A stretch of DNA of 64,000 nt from Escherichia coli (lineage in GTDB: Bacteria > Pseudomonadota > Gammaproteobacteria > Enterobacterales > Enterobacteriaceae), in the NCBI RefSeq assembly GCF_048403405.1, contig NZ_CP183129.1, one strand, 5' to 3'. Below, piece by piece: positions 54,815 to 64,000 of this stretch (the stretch's first letter is position 1; the number at the start of each line of letters is the position of its first letter). Below the pieces are notes generated by a model. The model had not been told where the DNA came from and did not search any database. It saw only the letters and a list, made by a program, of their open reading frames with translations. A program made the translations under genes and the position numbers.

Positions 54815-55386
54815 CGTTTTATCGCAATCCTCAGTTGTTGTTTCAGCGCGTATGCCAGTTCTTTAGGCAGGCGTTCACGCCGGATACGGTCAACATTCTC
54901 ATCAAATGCCTGTTTCAGTGGGGCCGCCATCGGGATTTTCACCACCTGAATGGGAAGGCGATTACGCTTTTTCCTTCCCTTGTCGTCATTGCCCTCCTCA
55001 TATCTGGCCTGAGGAAGACGTTGCATAACATGCCAGCGCCCATTATTTAATCGCTGGATAAATGCCCGCTGATAACGATGCTGACCGGCTTTGAGTATGC
55101 TGTCCGGACGACGCCCCAGCATTCTGATCCCCAGCTTAATCACAGGGAGATCACCGCGGTTAACGATAATTCTGGCATTCGGATTTCTGACCGTCGCCCG
55201 TTTCAGTCTGGACCGTTCCTTAACCAGTTTCCGGCGAACCTTTGTCTCCCGGGCAACCTGTGATGAAGACTGATTAATCGCCGTTGTGGCCACGCGGTTA
55301 ATGGCCATTGCTGAAGCCGCCGGAATGGCGTTTTTACGAACCCGGCTCAGATTGTCAATCGCCTGATCAAGCCCTTTTATCGCCAT
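54811..55386 (-). CDS. Z: tail completion protein Z
   Basis: 191-aa ORF in lambda Z position. Confidence 0.85.
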   Translation of the reverse strand: MAIKGLDQAIDNLSRVRKNAIPAASAMAINRVATTAINQSSSQVARETKVRRKLVKERSRLKRATVRNPNARIIVNRGDLPVIKLGIRMLGRRPDSILKAGQHRYQRAFIQRLNNGRWHVMQRLPQARYEEGNDDKGRKKRNRLPIQVVKIPMAAPLKQAFDENVDRIRRERLPKELAYALKQQLRIAIKR

Positions 55387-55401
55387 AATTTCACCCTGCG
55401 T

Positions 55402-55755
55402 TTATCGTCGCCGGTTAACTGCGGGTGGTTGACCACGGTTGAGCCAGAGATAACAGCTGCCCCCGTCATCCGGAGAAACACGATCCACCCAGAATATCTC
55501 ACCATTAATGGTCAGCGTGTCACCACGCCGCACGGCACGCACCGTATCCGTCCGCACAAATAATGACGGGCTGCTTCCTTCAATACGGACCCCGCCACCG
55601 GCAAACCCCAGCGACTCCGGATCGTCAAAAACCCCCTGAACTTCGCTGCCACACTGTGCCCCCGAGGTGAACTGCGCACAGAGCCCCATCACTTCAACGA
55701 TCGTACTGTCTACCCCGGCGAGGGCAGCATCAAAGGCATTCTGAAAATCACGCAT
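55402..55755 (-). CDS. FII: head-tail joining protein FII
   Basis: 117-aa ORF in lambda FII position. Confidence 0.85.
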   Translation of the reverse strand: MRDFQNAFDAALAGVDSTIVEVMGLCAQFTSGAQCGSEVQGVFDDPESLGFAGGGVRIEGSSPSLFVRTDTVRAVRRGDTLTINGEIFWVDRVSPDDGGSCYLWLNRGQPPAVNRRR

Positions 55756-56179
55756 ATTCAGCCGTTCCGTGCTGTATCATGGCCGTTGCCAGTGATGATG
55801 GCACCAGAACACGCATACCCCGTAACGCCAGCTCAACGGGACGACCTGTCTCCGGGCAATACCCCATTACTTGCAGGCACTTCCGTACCCGGACGGCTTT
55901 AACATCATCCGGAGCATCCGTGTTGTTCAACTGCTCACCATCGTCTGTGTGATTTTGATCAGCCCCGCTCTCATCAGAGTGCATAATGCCCTCCGGGGAA
56001 ACAGCAAGCTCCTCTTCCCACTCAGACACACGTTGAGCAATATCCGCAGCACTCCCCGACATATCCGCCTCGCGCCCCAGCAGGCCAGCCAGTTGACGAA
56101 GACGATTCAGATTTTCTTCTTTTGTTGCCATCTCAGCCTCCTGTGAAAAAAGACACGGGGGCATTTCGCCCCCGCTCAC
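55748..56179 (-). CDS. FI: DNA packaging protein FI
   Basis: 143-aa ORF in lambda FI position. Confidence 0.8.
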   Translation of the reverse strand: MSGGEMPPCLFSQEAEMATKEENLNRLRQLAGLLGREADMSGSAADIAQRVSEWEEELAVSPEGIMHSDESGADQNHTDDGEQLNNTDAPDDVKAVRVRKCLQVMGYCPETGRPVELALRGMRVLVPSSLATAMIQHGTAEYA

Positions 56180-56182
56180 GGA

Positions 56183-57211
56183 TTATTTCACCTGTACCAC
56201 CACAAACTCATCCGGATCCGGCAGCACCATCAGCGGAGCGGACTGCGTCATGGTGAATTCACAGGACGGATCGCCCACGGTCAGCCAGTGTTTCGGGTAA
56301 CGGGAAGAAGCCACCACTCCTTCAGACAACGCCTGTGCATCCTTAATGGCACCATAGCAACGAATCCCCTCTGCCGCCGTATTCCCCAGCACCAGCATGC
56401 CCTCCGGCAGATAACGTTTTTCGGTACCGTCCTCTGCCACATAAGACGTTTTCGCCACCACAATGGCCAGATCGCCGTAATACCCCTTGAAGGACACCAC
56501 CGCCCCCAGGTCTTTCACTGCCGTTTCGAGTTGTGAATTTGAGCCGCGACGGGTATCCAGTTTTTCGCGGAACAGCTTAAAGCCATTCAGCAGACGCCAG
56601 ACCGTACCGTCCATAATGGCGATATTCACAAGGCCGCTGGCCTGATCGCAGTAGAGGTCAATATCATGCGTCGGATCAAACGTATCACGGTCCTGCTCAG
56701 ACCATTTTTTACCGTCAGCCTGCTCAATGTTATTTCCTTCAGAGCGCCCAAAATCCACCTCGACAGTATCAAACTGATCCCCTTCCATGGTGTATTTGCC
56801 ATACAGCACGGCATTCACCGCCTGCATTTCTTCCACCTGGACAATGGCGTGCTCTTCCTGTTTGAGGTTATCGGTAATGATACGCAGACGACGGTAGGCC
56901 GGGTCGTTCAGCTGAGCCGGATCTTCACCAGGAAGGCGCTCAACCGCCTGCTGGTAATTAAATTCGTGTTTGGGCTTGACGTAGCCCGGACGTAACACGC
57001 GGGTTTCACCACCGCGATGGCGAAGCACTTTTCCTTCAACGATCGGGGAGACATAGGCCGCCACCGGCGTTTTTCCGGTAATTTTGTCCAGCATCACCTC
57101 TTCGGTGTGGAAATTCACCGTACGGCGGAAAAACAGCTCCAGAAACAGCGCACGGAATTTAACTTTTTGTTCGGTATAACCGAGTAACTGGCGGGTCGTA
57201 AACAATCCCAT
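56183..57211 (-). CDS. E: major capsid protein E
   Basis: 342-aa ORF, lambda gpE-like (..TMTQSAPLMVLPDPDEFVVVQVK). Confidence 0.95.
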   Translation of the reverse strand: MGLFTTRQLLGYTEQKVKFRALFLELFFRRTVNFHTEEVMLDKITGKTPVAAYVSPIVEGKVLRHRGGETRVLRPGYVKPKHEFNYQQAVERLPGEDPAQLNDPAYRRLRIITDNLKQEEHAIVQVEEMQAVNAVLYGKYTMEGDQFDTVEVDFGRSEGNNIEQADGKKWSEQDRDTFDPTHDIDLYCDQASGLVNIAIMDGTVWRLLNGFKLFREKLDTRRGSNSQLETAVKDLGAVVSFKGYYGDLAIVVAKTSYVAEDGTEKRYLPEGMLVLGNTAAEGIRCYGAIKDAQALSEGVVASSRYPKHWLTVGDPSCEFTMTQSAPLMVLPDPDEFVVVQVK

Positions 57212-57268
57212 AAATCAGTTCCTTTCATTAAGAAATCAGTCAGGCCAACGCGGTGGCCTGATAACGTG

Positions 57269-57616
57269 TTACGGCAGCGCCGCGTGACTCAGGGCACTGC
57301 CGGTAAAGGCGTTGGCCTTTTTGTGTTCATCCACACTTTCAGGCCAGCGGATTGCCTCCGTCGCAAAGGTCCCCGACTTGTAATAGGTCAGCACCTCCTC
57401 TGTGCCTTCAAGCGGCAGTACCAGTATGCCAACCGCACTACCGGCTTTCTGTCCGTCCCAGACCACCAGTTTCCCGGTGGCCCCATCCAGCATCAGGGGT
57501 GTCAGTGCCGGTGTTGCCGAGGAAATCCCGCTGCTGCCTGTGGCGGTGTGAGCCGGATCATTACCGGCAAAAATACGTACTTCCGCACGCTGTTCAGTGA
57601 TGGTTTTCGTCACCAT
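57269..57616 (-). CDS. D: capsid decoration protein D
   Basis: 115-aa ORF, lambda gpD-like. Confidence 0.9.
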   Translation of the reverse strand: MVTKTITEQRAEVRIFAGNDPAHTATGSSGISSATPALTPLMLDGATGKLVVWDGQKAGSAVGILVLPLEGTEEVLTYYKSGTFATEAIRWPESVDEHKKANAFTGSALSHAALP

Positions 57617-57652
57617 ATTGTTAAAACCTCGTATTGATGTTCAGCACTGACT

Positions 57653-59157
57653 TCATGGCATGGCCATGAGCATTTTCACGCCCGCATCACCGTCTTCTGA
57701 CGCCTGTGACACGCCCCCCTGGACCGCAGCCGGTGAATGGTTCGCCATGAAATGTTCAAACAGGGCGGTTGTGGATGCAGAGACCGGTTCTGCCTTACCT
57801 GATCCCGCAGCCAGCACAGCCCGGGCGCTCTCCACAGTCATTCCCGGGCAGGCAGCCAGCTGTTCAGCCTGCGCCTCAGCCCCTTTTGCCTCATCCAGTG
57901 CCATGATCTGATCACGGAGTGATGGTCCGGCATTCGCCTGCGGTGAAGCAGCCAGGATCGGGCGGGCTTTTTCCACCGTCATCTCCGGCATCGCCGCCAG
58001 CGTTGCCGCCAGTTGTTCACGACCGTTCGCTTCTTCACACGCCATAATGCGATCGGCTTCACTCTGTGCGGATGCCACCGGCTGCTGCGGTGCCGCCGCG
58101 GCCAGAATCGCCCGGGCCTGTTCAACGCTCATGCCCTGTTGCCCTGCCAGCATCGTGGCAAGCTGTTCACGTCCTTTCGCTTCCTGGCATGTCAGGATCC
58201 CCATCACTCGCTGGTTCTCCTGCACGGCGGCTTCCGTTGCAGTTAATTGCGGCATAGTGCCTCCTCTGACATTACTGTTCAGCGCCGTGGCCATCACACT
58301 GATGGCATCCGACGCATTGATTAATTCATCCGCCAGCCCGGCCTCAATGCCGGACTGACCTTCAAAAACGGCAGCCTCTGTTCCCGTGACCGCATCAACA
58401 GACAGACCGGTATACATCGCCACTTTTTCGGCAAACATCCGGCGCGCCACATCAATCCGCTGCTGCATGTCCTGGCGAACCTCTGCCGGCAACGCTTCAA
58501 ACTGATTGCCATCCACCTTGTGCGCTCCTGAGTAAATCAGCGTGATATCCACACCGGCCTGCGCCAGATGACCGGCATAGCTGACATGGCTCATCATCAC
58601 GCCAATGGAGCCGATACGGGATGTCTGGGTAACCAGCCGTCGGGAGCAGGCCGACGCCAGCAGCATGGCTGCAGAACAGGCCGTGTCATTACACAGTGCC
58701 CAGACCGGCTTCTGCTGCCGGAGGCGGTAAATCATGTCAGCGCAGTCAAACGCGCCGGCGGCCTGCCCGCCCGGACTGTCAATGTCCAGCAGTATGCCCC
58801 GCACCTGGCTATCTGCCATTGCCTGCTGAAGACAGGCGACAATGCCGTCATAGCCAGTCATTCCGGAAAATGGCCGCATCCCCCCAGCCGGTGCACCAGC
58901 GTGCCGGTCACCGGCAGTACCGCAATACCGTTCACCACCCGGTAAACACGGGCCGGTCGTTTACCTCCGGCCATGTACTCGTCCGTTTCAGCCAGCATCC
59001 CGGGAGCATCAAGCTGTACCTGCTGTTGCGGTACCGAAAGACTTGCTGCCCCCATCTCGCGCCCGAGCGCGCAAAAGAAAACCCGCGCATAGGCGGGCTC
59101 CAGAAGCAGCGGTTCATTGAATGCTGCGGCAATAATGTGTGAAAGATTACGTCTCAC
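57653..59157 (-). pseudogene. C: head protease/scaffold C-Nu3 (S49 family), frame broken by 1-nt deletion in a C6/G6 run at 58880-58885
   Basis: N-terminal ORF 58858..59157 (MRRNLSHIIAAAFNEPLLLEPAYARVFF...GIAVLPVTGTLV) ends just after the homopolymer; remainder (MRPFSGMTGYDGIV...) continues in another frame. Confidence 0.8.
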
Positions 59158-60739
59158 GTGGTGTTGTCTCCTCTTCCGGCCTGCGACTCTCCGCTATCTG
59201 CTGCTGATACGCCTGCGCTATCCACACCGGACGTGAGAGTCCGGCTTTTTCCCGCTCTGCAGATTCCCTGACCTGCTGGCGGAAAATGTCCTGATAATCC
59301 TCGCCCATCAGCGCCAGCTCTTTCTCATACGTGCTCAGTCCGGCCTCAATGCGCATCACTGATTCCTGAACCTCCTTGAGCCCGTCAATGGCCATTCTTC
59401 CGGCTCCAATCCACTCAGCCCGTGACCAGGCTGATCGCGCCTGATAAAAATCAAAACGCGCCCGTGGCGGACGAATAATCCCCCGAAGAAGTGCCTCTTC
59501 CAGCCAGCAGGAAAACATCTGCGTGGCCAGCCGGGACGCAATAAATTTTCGCCGCCCCATAAAATAGCGCCACGACTCATTGGCGGATGCGCGGGCACTT
59601 GAATAACTGACCTTCGAGTAATCACGGGACAACTGTTCGTAGGAAACGCCAAGACCGGCGGCGATATACCGCAGCAGCGCCTGTTCAAGCGCCGAAAATC
59701 CATTGTCTGAATCCTGCGCGGTCTGAAGTTTCAGATCATCACCGGGGAAAAGGTGCGGAATTTTGACACCGCCCAGCGTCACGCTATTCGTGTCATACCA
59801 GGTGGAGAACTTCTCCAGAATATTAATAAGCGGATTATCCTTCTGCCCCTGCGGCGCACCGGCGATATATTCAAAGGCCTTTTCGGTATCAAGTTCACTT
59901 TCAATCGTCGCTGCATACATCGCCTTCACTATGGCCGACTGAAGCTGTGTTGCCTGCAGGGAATCGAGCATCTTCAGCCGTTCCATTACGCTGTAAAACT
60001 GATTGGCCCCACGGGTCTGCCCGTCCTCCACCGGCTCGAAAATATGCAGCATGGCCGGACGCCCGGTGGGAAGTTCACGCGGGATCCGTTCCCATCGTCC
60101 ACTCCCGGAGCGAGGAAAATCATCCTCACAGATATGGTACGCAACGGCACGACCATATCGATCGACCTCCACACCGGCCCGCAGAAAACGGTTCCCCATA
60201 CCGTGTCCTGGCGTGTCCACCCGTTTCGGACTCACGGCTTTAAAACGCGTACGAAACAGTTGCGTGCTCTCCGTATCCCAGACCGGCTGCACAAAGATTT
60301 CGCCGTTAAACGCATGAACGCCCACACCTTCACGGATAAATTCCGTGAACGTGCGTTTCCCTTCCATGTCGATCTCGCCAAACATCCCTTCGGCGTATTC
60401 CGACCAGGCCGCCTCCACCTCATCGACAAAACTTTTTGCCGCAGTCTCCCGCATCCCCAGCCAGCGCCAGTTCGGACGGTAGCTGATCAGAAACATATGC
60501 CCGACAATATGATCCTTATGCAGGGCCACCGCATTAGCCGCTATCCCGTTATTGCGCACCAGATCATCTGCCCGGGCATTCCCCAGACGCAACGCAGGCA
60601 GCAGGGCTGCATCGGCACTCTGCGCCGGTGGCAACCACTCCGCCATTTGCCCGCCAAATCCTGCGCCGCCCCCGTTGTAGCTGAGACTCTCACGAAGCGG
60701 AACGCCGTTCACATCAATCAGGACAGGCGTTCGTTTCAT
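59147..60739 (-). CDS. B: portal protein B
   Basis: 530-aa ORF, lambda gpB-like. Confidence 0.95.
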   Translation of the reverse strand: MKRTPVLIDVNGVPLRESLSYNGGGAGFGGQMAEWLPPAQSADAALLPALRLGNARADDLVRNNGIAANAVALHKDHIVGHMFLISYRPNWRWLGMRETAAKSFVDEVEAAWSEYAEGMFGEIDMEGKRTFTEFIREGVGVHAFNGEIFVQPVWDTESTQLFRTRFKAVSPKRVDTPGHGMGNRFLRAGVEVDRYGRAVAYHICEDDFPRSGSGRWERIPRELPTGRPAMLHIFEPVEDGQTRGANQFYSVMERLKMLDSLQATQLQSAIVKAMYAATIESELDTEKAFEYIAGAPQGQKDNPLINILEKFSTWYDTNSVTLGGVKIPHLFPGDDLKLQTAQDSDNGFSALEQALLRYIAAGLGVSYEQLSRDYSKVSYSSARASANESWRYFMGRRKFIASRLATQMFSCWLEEALLRGIIRPPRARFDFYQARSAWSRAEWIGAGRMAIDGLKEVQESVMRIEAGLSTYEKELALMGEDYQDIFRQQVRESAEREKAGLSRPVWIAQAYQQQIAESRRPEEETTPRET

Positions 60740-60942
60740 AACCTCACTCCCAGCGGACGACGGCGACGTCGGGTTGTCCCCAGTACCGACTCCGCATCAT
60801 TGATCGCCCGGTTAAGCTCATCCAGAGAAGCCGCCGTATATTCAATTCTGCGACCATCTTTCTGGACAGACACCACCCGTTTACCGGTTAATAAATCAAG
60901 GCGCGCCTGACGCAGCGCCTGCAGTTCAGCGACTGTAACCAT
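60736..60942 (-). CDS. W: head-tail joining protein W
   Basis: 68-aa ORF in lambda W position. Confidence 0.85.
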   Translation of the reverse strand: MVTVAELQALRQARLDLLTGKRVVSVQKDGRRIEYTAASLDELNRAINDAESVLGTTRRRRRPLGVRL

Positions 60943-62854
60943 TCACTCCTCCGGACAGCTTCGCTGCCAGTTCTTTAAGGGTTGGCCGGGTCGTCTCTTC
61001 TTCCCGGGATTTTGCCAGTACAGCCAGATCAAGCTGCCAGCGTTGCACGGACACACGTAATGCCGCATAGGCATACACCAGGCAGTCCAGCGCTTCGTTA
61101 CGCCGCTTTTTGTTATCCCACAGCAGACGCATCTTTCCTTTTTCCCACTTCTCCACAAGCTCTTCCGCGACCAGTTGCTGCGCCTCTGTCTGCGAAAAAA
61201 TCTCCGGATCATCAGGAAAACGGATGGCATACGACGTGGCTTCATCCGCAGGAGTGGGATCGGCTTTCATACGGGCATAGAGAATTTCTTTTGCGGTGTC
61301 CGTCCCCACTTCACACAGATACACGCCCCGCTGATTGCGGGTTTTCGGCATGGTGATCACCGGCTTGCCATAGACAGATGCGCCTTTTACCGGCAGCACC
61401 CGGAAAACACCGTGTTTTTTTGACCTCTGATAGACAATTTCACCATCGATCCCCCCGGTGTCCCAGCAGACACGGGAAATGGTCATTTCGGTGCCATCTG
61501 CATGGCAGTATTTTTTGTTGATCGCCGCATCCACACGTAACAGCGTCTCTTCCTCATCGGGACGGCCCATAATGATGATTTTATCCACCAGAAAAGCTTC
61601 CTCTCCCGGTGCCCATCCCCAGACATACATCTCAAAACGGTTTCGCTGCGAGTCAATGCCCGCCGTCAGATAAACCACCCGGGCTGGCACCGCCGCCGTG
61701 TAATGCACGACCTTATCCATCAGTACCTGGTGATCGAGTTTTTCGCCCACGGCCTCTTCCCAGGTCTCGCCCAGCGTGGTGTTCACAAAGGTTTTCAGGC
61801 CGTTGGGATCTTTCAGTGCATCCAGCCAGTCATAGACTATCTGTACCCAGGTGGTGAACGGACTGTACGCCGTCCAGATATGGAACGTGATGGAGCGCGG
61901 CGGCGGAATTTCATTATCCGCGGCGCTGAAAAACGTCAGACCGTCACGGGTCCACATCCCCGTGTTTTCACAGATCCACCGCCCGTTGCTCTGGTCAAGC
62001 TCAGACTGATGGATCACGCAGCCATGATGTTCACAGAGGTAGAAAACGCTTTCGGGGCTGTCCTTCTCCCATTTAAGGCCAAAAGGCGTGGATTCATCGC
62101 CAAATTTCAGATACTGCTCCTCCCCACAGTGTGGGCAGGGCACATAAAAACGCATGAAATGCGCCGACTCGTTGGCCGCTTTTTCGATCTGGCAGGTGCC
62201 TTTGATTTTAGGCGTCGAGCCGCGAATGGATTTGGGCCATACAGAGCCCTCAATACGTTTATCCCCAAGCAGGGTTGGCGACCCCTCTTTTTCGACATCC
62301 GGTTCGAACGAGGAAAGTTCGTCATAGCAGACCACGTCCACGGATTTTTCACGGTAGTTTTTAGCGGCAGCCCCGCCCAGGCACCAGAAGCCCACGCCCG
62401 ATGAAAAACGTTTCAGCGTGAGGGTATTATCACGATGTTTACGCCCAAACCACGGTGCAAGATCGAGTAAAACCGGCACATCCCTGATCGTGGGTTCCAC
62501 ATGAGATTTCATAAAATCTTCAGCAGCAGAATCCGTGGGCTGGAAAAGAAGGCTGTTGCGTGATTTATGCTCAATAAAATAAGCCTCCACTCCCAGCAAC
62601 ATCTTTGTATAACCAACACGGGCAGATTTAATCAGATTAACAGTGCGGATCCGGTCATTCCCCATGCTGTTCATGATGGCAACCTGAAACGGCAGTGTTT
62701 CCCACCGCCCCGGGGTGTAAGATGACTCTTTCGGAAGGTAATAATGTCGATCTGCCCACTGAACTGTCGTCAGAGGGACAGGAATTTTTAGCGCAAGGAG
62801 GCCGGTTGCTATCGCTCCTGCAGAATTAGCCGCCCTCAGTTCGTCTGAAATCAT
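60926..62854 (-). CDS. A: terminase large subunit A
   Basis: ORF 60926..62896; lambda gpA-like (..[14 protein letters not shown]..); start probably the internal Met at about 62854, overlapping Nu1. Confidence 0.9.
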   Translation of the reverse strand: MISDELRAANSAGAIATGLLALKIPVPLTTVQWADRHYYLPKESSYTPGRWETLPFQVAIMNSMGNDRIRTVNLIKSARVGYTKMLLGVEAYFIEHKSRNSLLFQPTDSAAEDFMKSHVEPTIRDVPVLLDLAPWFGRKHRDNTLTLKRFSSGVGFWCLGGAAAKNYREKSVDVVCYDELSSFEPDVEKEGSPTLLGDKRIEGSVWPKSIRGSTPKIKGTCQIEKAANESAHFMRFYVPCPHCGEEQYLKFGDESTPFGLKWEKDSPESVFYLCEHHGCVIHQSELDQSNGRWICENTGMWTRDGLTFFSAADNEIPPPRSITFHIWTAYSPFTTWVQIVYDWLDALKDPNGLKTFVNTTLGETWEEAVGEKLDHQVLMDKVVHYTAAVPARVVYLTAGIDSQRNRFEMYVWGWAPGEEAFLVDKIIIMGRPDEEETLLRVDAAINKKYCHADGTEMTISRVCWDTGGIDGEIVYQRSKKHGVFRVLPVKGASVYGKPVITMPKTRNQRGVYLCEVGTDTAKEILYARMKADPTPADEATSYAIRFPDDPEIFSQTEAQQLVAEELVEKWEKGKMRLLWDNKKRRNEALDCLVYAYAALRVSVQRWQLDLAVLAKSREEETTRPTLKELAAKLSGGVNGYSR

Positions 62855-63374
62855 CAATCCACCTGCGCACATTCTCACCGGCTTCAGAAGCCACATCGGA
62901 TGCTTTCGCGATTTCAGTTTTCACAGCATCAAGATGTACGGGTGATATATCAGGGTATTTACGCTGCAGTGTCTGAGGGACACGGACAAGGATCCCTGAT
63001 ATATTCTGTGCCACTCGCTGAAAGATGTAGGTAAATAACTCCGTCTCGAGGACAAGGCCTTCCTCACGAGCATTTTTCAGCTCCTGTGCATCGGCCTGTG
63101 CCTTCGTCAGTCGGTAACGTTCGTAATCAATGGTGCAGGGCTGAAGGTCTGATTCGCTGGCAGCCCTCAAATCCTCGATCTCTTTACGGAGTTTTTCGTT
63201 TTCAATATCAGCTTCCCTCTGCGCATACCACTGAATGGCAGCAGTTGTATCAAAAACTGATTCAGTCCCTTTCCCTCCACCAGAAACTAGTGGTAACCCC
63301 TGACTCTGCCAGGCGGTGATGGTCCTGACATCAACGCCAAAAATATCGGCCAGTTTTTTCTTATTGACGTTCAT
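62826..63374 (-). CDS. nu1: terminase small subunit Nu1
   Basis: 182-aa [31 protein letters not shown] (HTH), lambda Nu1-like. Confidence 0.9.
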   Translation of the reverse strand: MNVNKKKLADIFGVDVRTITAWQSQGLPLVSGGGKGTESVFDTTAAIQWYAQREADIENEKLRKEIEDLRAASESDLQPCTIDYERYRLTKAQADAQELKNAREEGLVLETELFTYIFQRVAQNISGILVRVPQTLQRKYPDISPVHLDAVKTEIAKASDVASEAGENVRRWIDDFRRTEGG

Positions 63375-63543
63375 ACACTCCCCCGGGAACCAGAAAGGAT
63401 CTGAAAATGGCGTTTTCTAACAAAAACAGCCTTTGTCAGATCCTTTTATATTTTTAAAATTCTATTGATAATCAATCAGTTAAAAAGAAGAAGAACGGAT
63501 CTGATTTTTCCCTAAAAATTTTCATAAATAGCGAAAACCCGCG

Positions 63544-63555
63544 AGGTCGCCGCCC
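63544..63555 (-). other. cosN cohesive-end site (12-nt GGGCGGCGACCT); cosB presumed between here and Nu1
   Basis: minus-strand sequence TTACGGGGCGGCGACCTCGCGGGTTTTCGCTATTTATG matches lambda cos as I recall it. Confidence 0.8.
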
Positions 63556-63761
63556 CGTAACCGGTCGGATCGCCGGAAAGGACCCACGAAATGATAATTA
63601 TTATCATCTATATAAGGTTTATCACAACATGTGTGTACGCCATCAAACCACGAGAAATAATCAATTATGACGCAGGTATCGTATTAATTGATCTGCGTCA
63701 AATTAACGTAAAAGCAACTTCAGATAATACAAATCAGCAACACTGAATATGGGGAAACATT

Positions 63762-63947
63762 ATGTCATCAAAGAACAGAACCCGCAGAACAACAACCCGC
63801 AACATCCGATTTCCAAACCAGATGATTGAACAAATTAACATCGCTCTTGATCTGAAAGGTTCAGGAAACTTTTCAGCGTGGGTTATTGAAGCCTGCAGAA
63901 GAAGGCTGTCAACAGAGAGTTCGGGTATGAATTACATAATTAAGTAA
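63762..63947 (+). CDS. small prophage protein, YlcI-like (uncertain)
   Basis: 61-aa ORF near cos; family assignment from memory only. Confidence 0.4.
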   Translation: MSSKNRTRRTTTRNIRFPNQMIEQINIALDLKGSGNFSAWVIEACRRRLSTESSGMNYIIK

Positions 63948-64000
63948 CATGGTGTTCACAGAACACGCAGTTACCGGACACATCAGTTTTCCATTCGCTC

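Larger units (their letters stand above)
37982..64000. mobile_element. lambda-like prophage, right arm (att junction in ompW through tail, head, terminase and cos); continues beyond window
   Basis: contiguous lambda-order late genes tfa-stf-lom-J-I-K-L-M-H-T-G-V-U-Z-FII-FI-E-D-C-B-W-A-Nu1 on minus strand plus lambda cosN. Confidence 0.9.

Noticed and set aside
59753-60910. 385-aa plus-strand ORF across B/W
   Set aside because: Antisense to portal and W genes; no domain features; alternate-frame artefact.

Overview
The window is an Enterobacterial (Escherichia coli-like) chromosomal segment in two parts. Positions 1 to about 37,980 are core genome, collinear (by my recollection of E. coli K-12 gene order, not a database search) with the rnb-topA-trp region: yciW, rnb, pdeR, yciZ, yciT, osmB, yciH-pyrF, lapAB, pgpB, ribA, acnA, yciX/ymiA, cysB, topA, yciN, sohB, yciK, btuR, rluB, yciQ, yciO, trpH, trpLEDCBA with promoter/operator/attenuator, and yciGFE. 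Two strain-specific insertions interrupt it: an IS200-family element between yciN and sohB, and an AT-rich 1.5-kb islet between btuR and rluB encoding a lipoprotein and a small acidic protein of unknown function. From about 37,982 to the window end lies the right arm of a lambda-like prophage integrated inside ompW (only the ompW 3' end remains). It runs tfa', methyltransferase moron, tfa, stf, lom, J, I, K, L, M, H, G/T, V, U, Z, FII, FI, E, D, C, B, W, A, Nu1, then a lambda-type cosN and a small YlcI-like ORF. Five single-base deletions break reading frames (topA, yciF twice, prophage K and C), at least two in C6/G6 homopolymers; this pattern is as compatible with consensus errors in the assembly as with real gene decay and needs read-level confirmation. 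No rRNA, tRNA or CRISPR array was found. The most interesting unexplained loci are the btuR-rluB islet, the methyltransferase cassette flanked by 214-bp direct repeats in the tail-fibre region, and a promoter/terminator-rich insert between tail genes I and J that may encode a small RNA.
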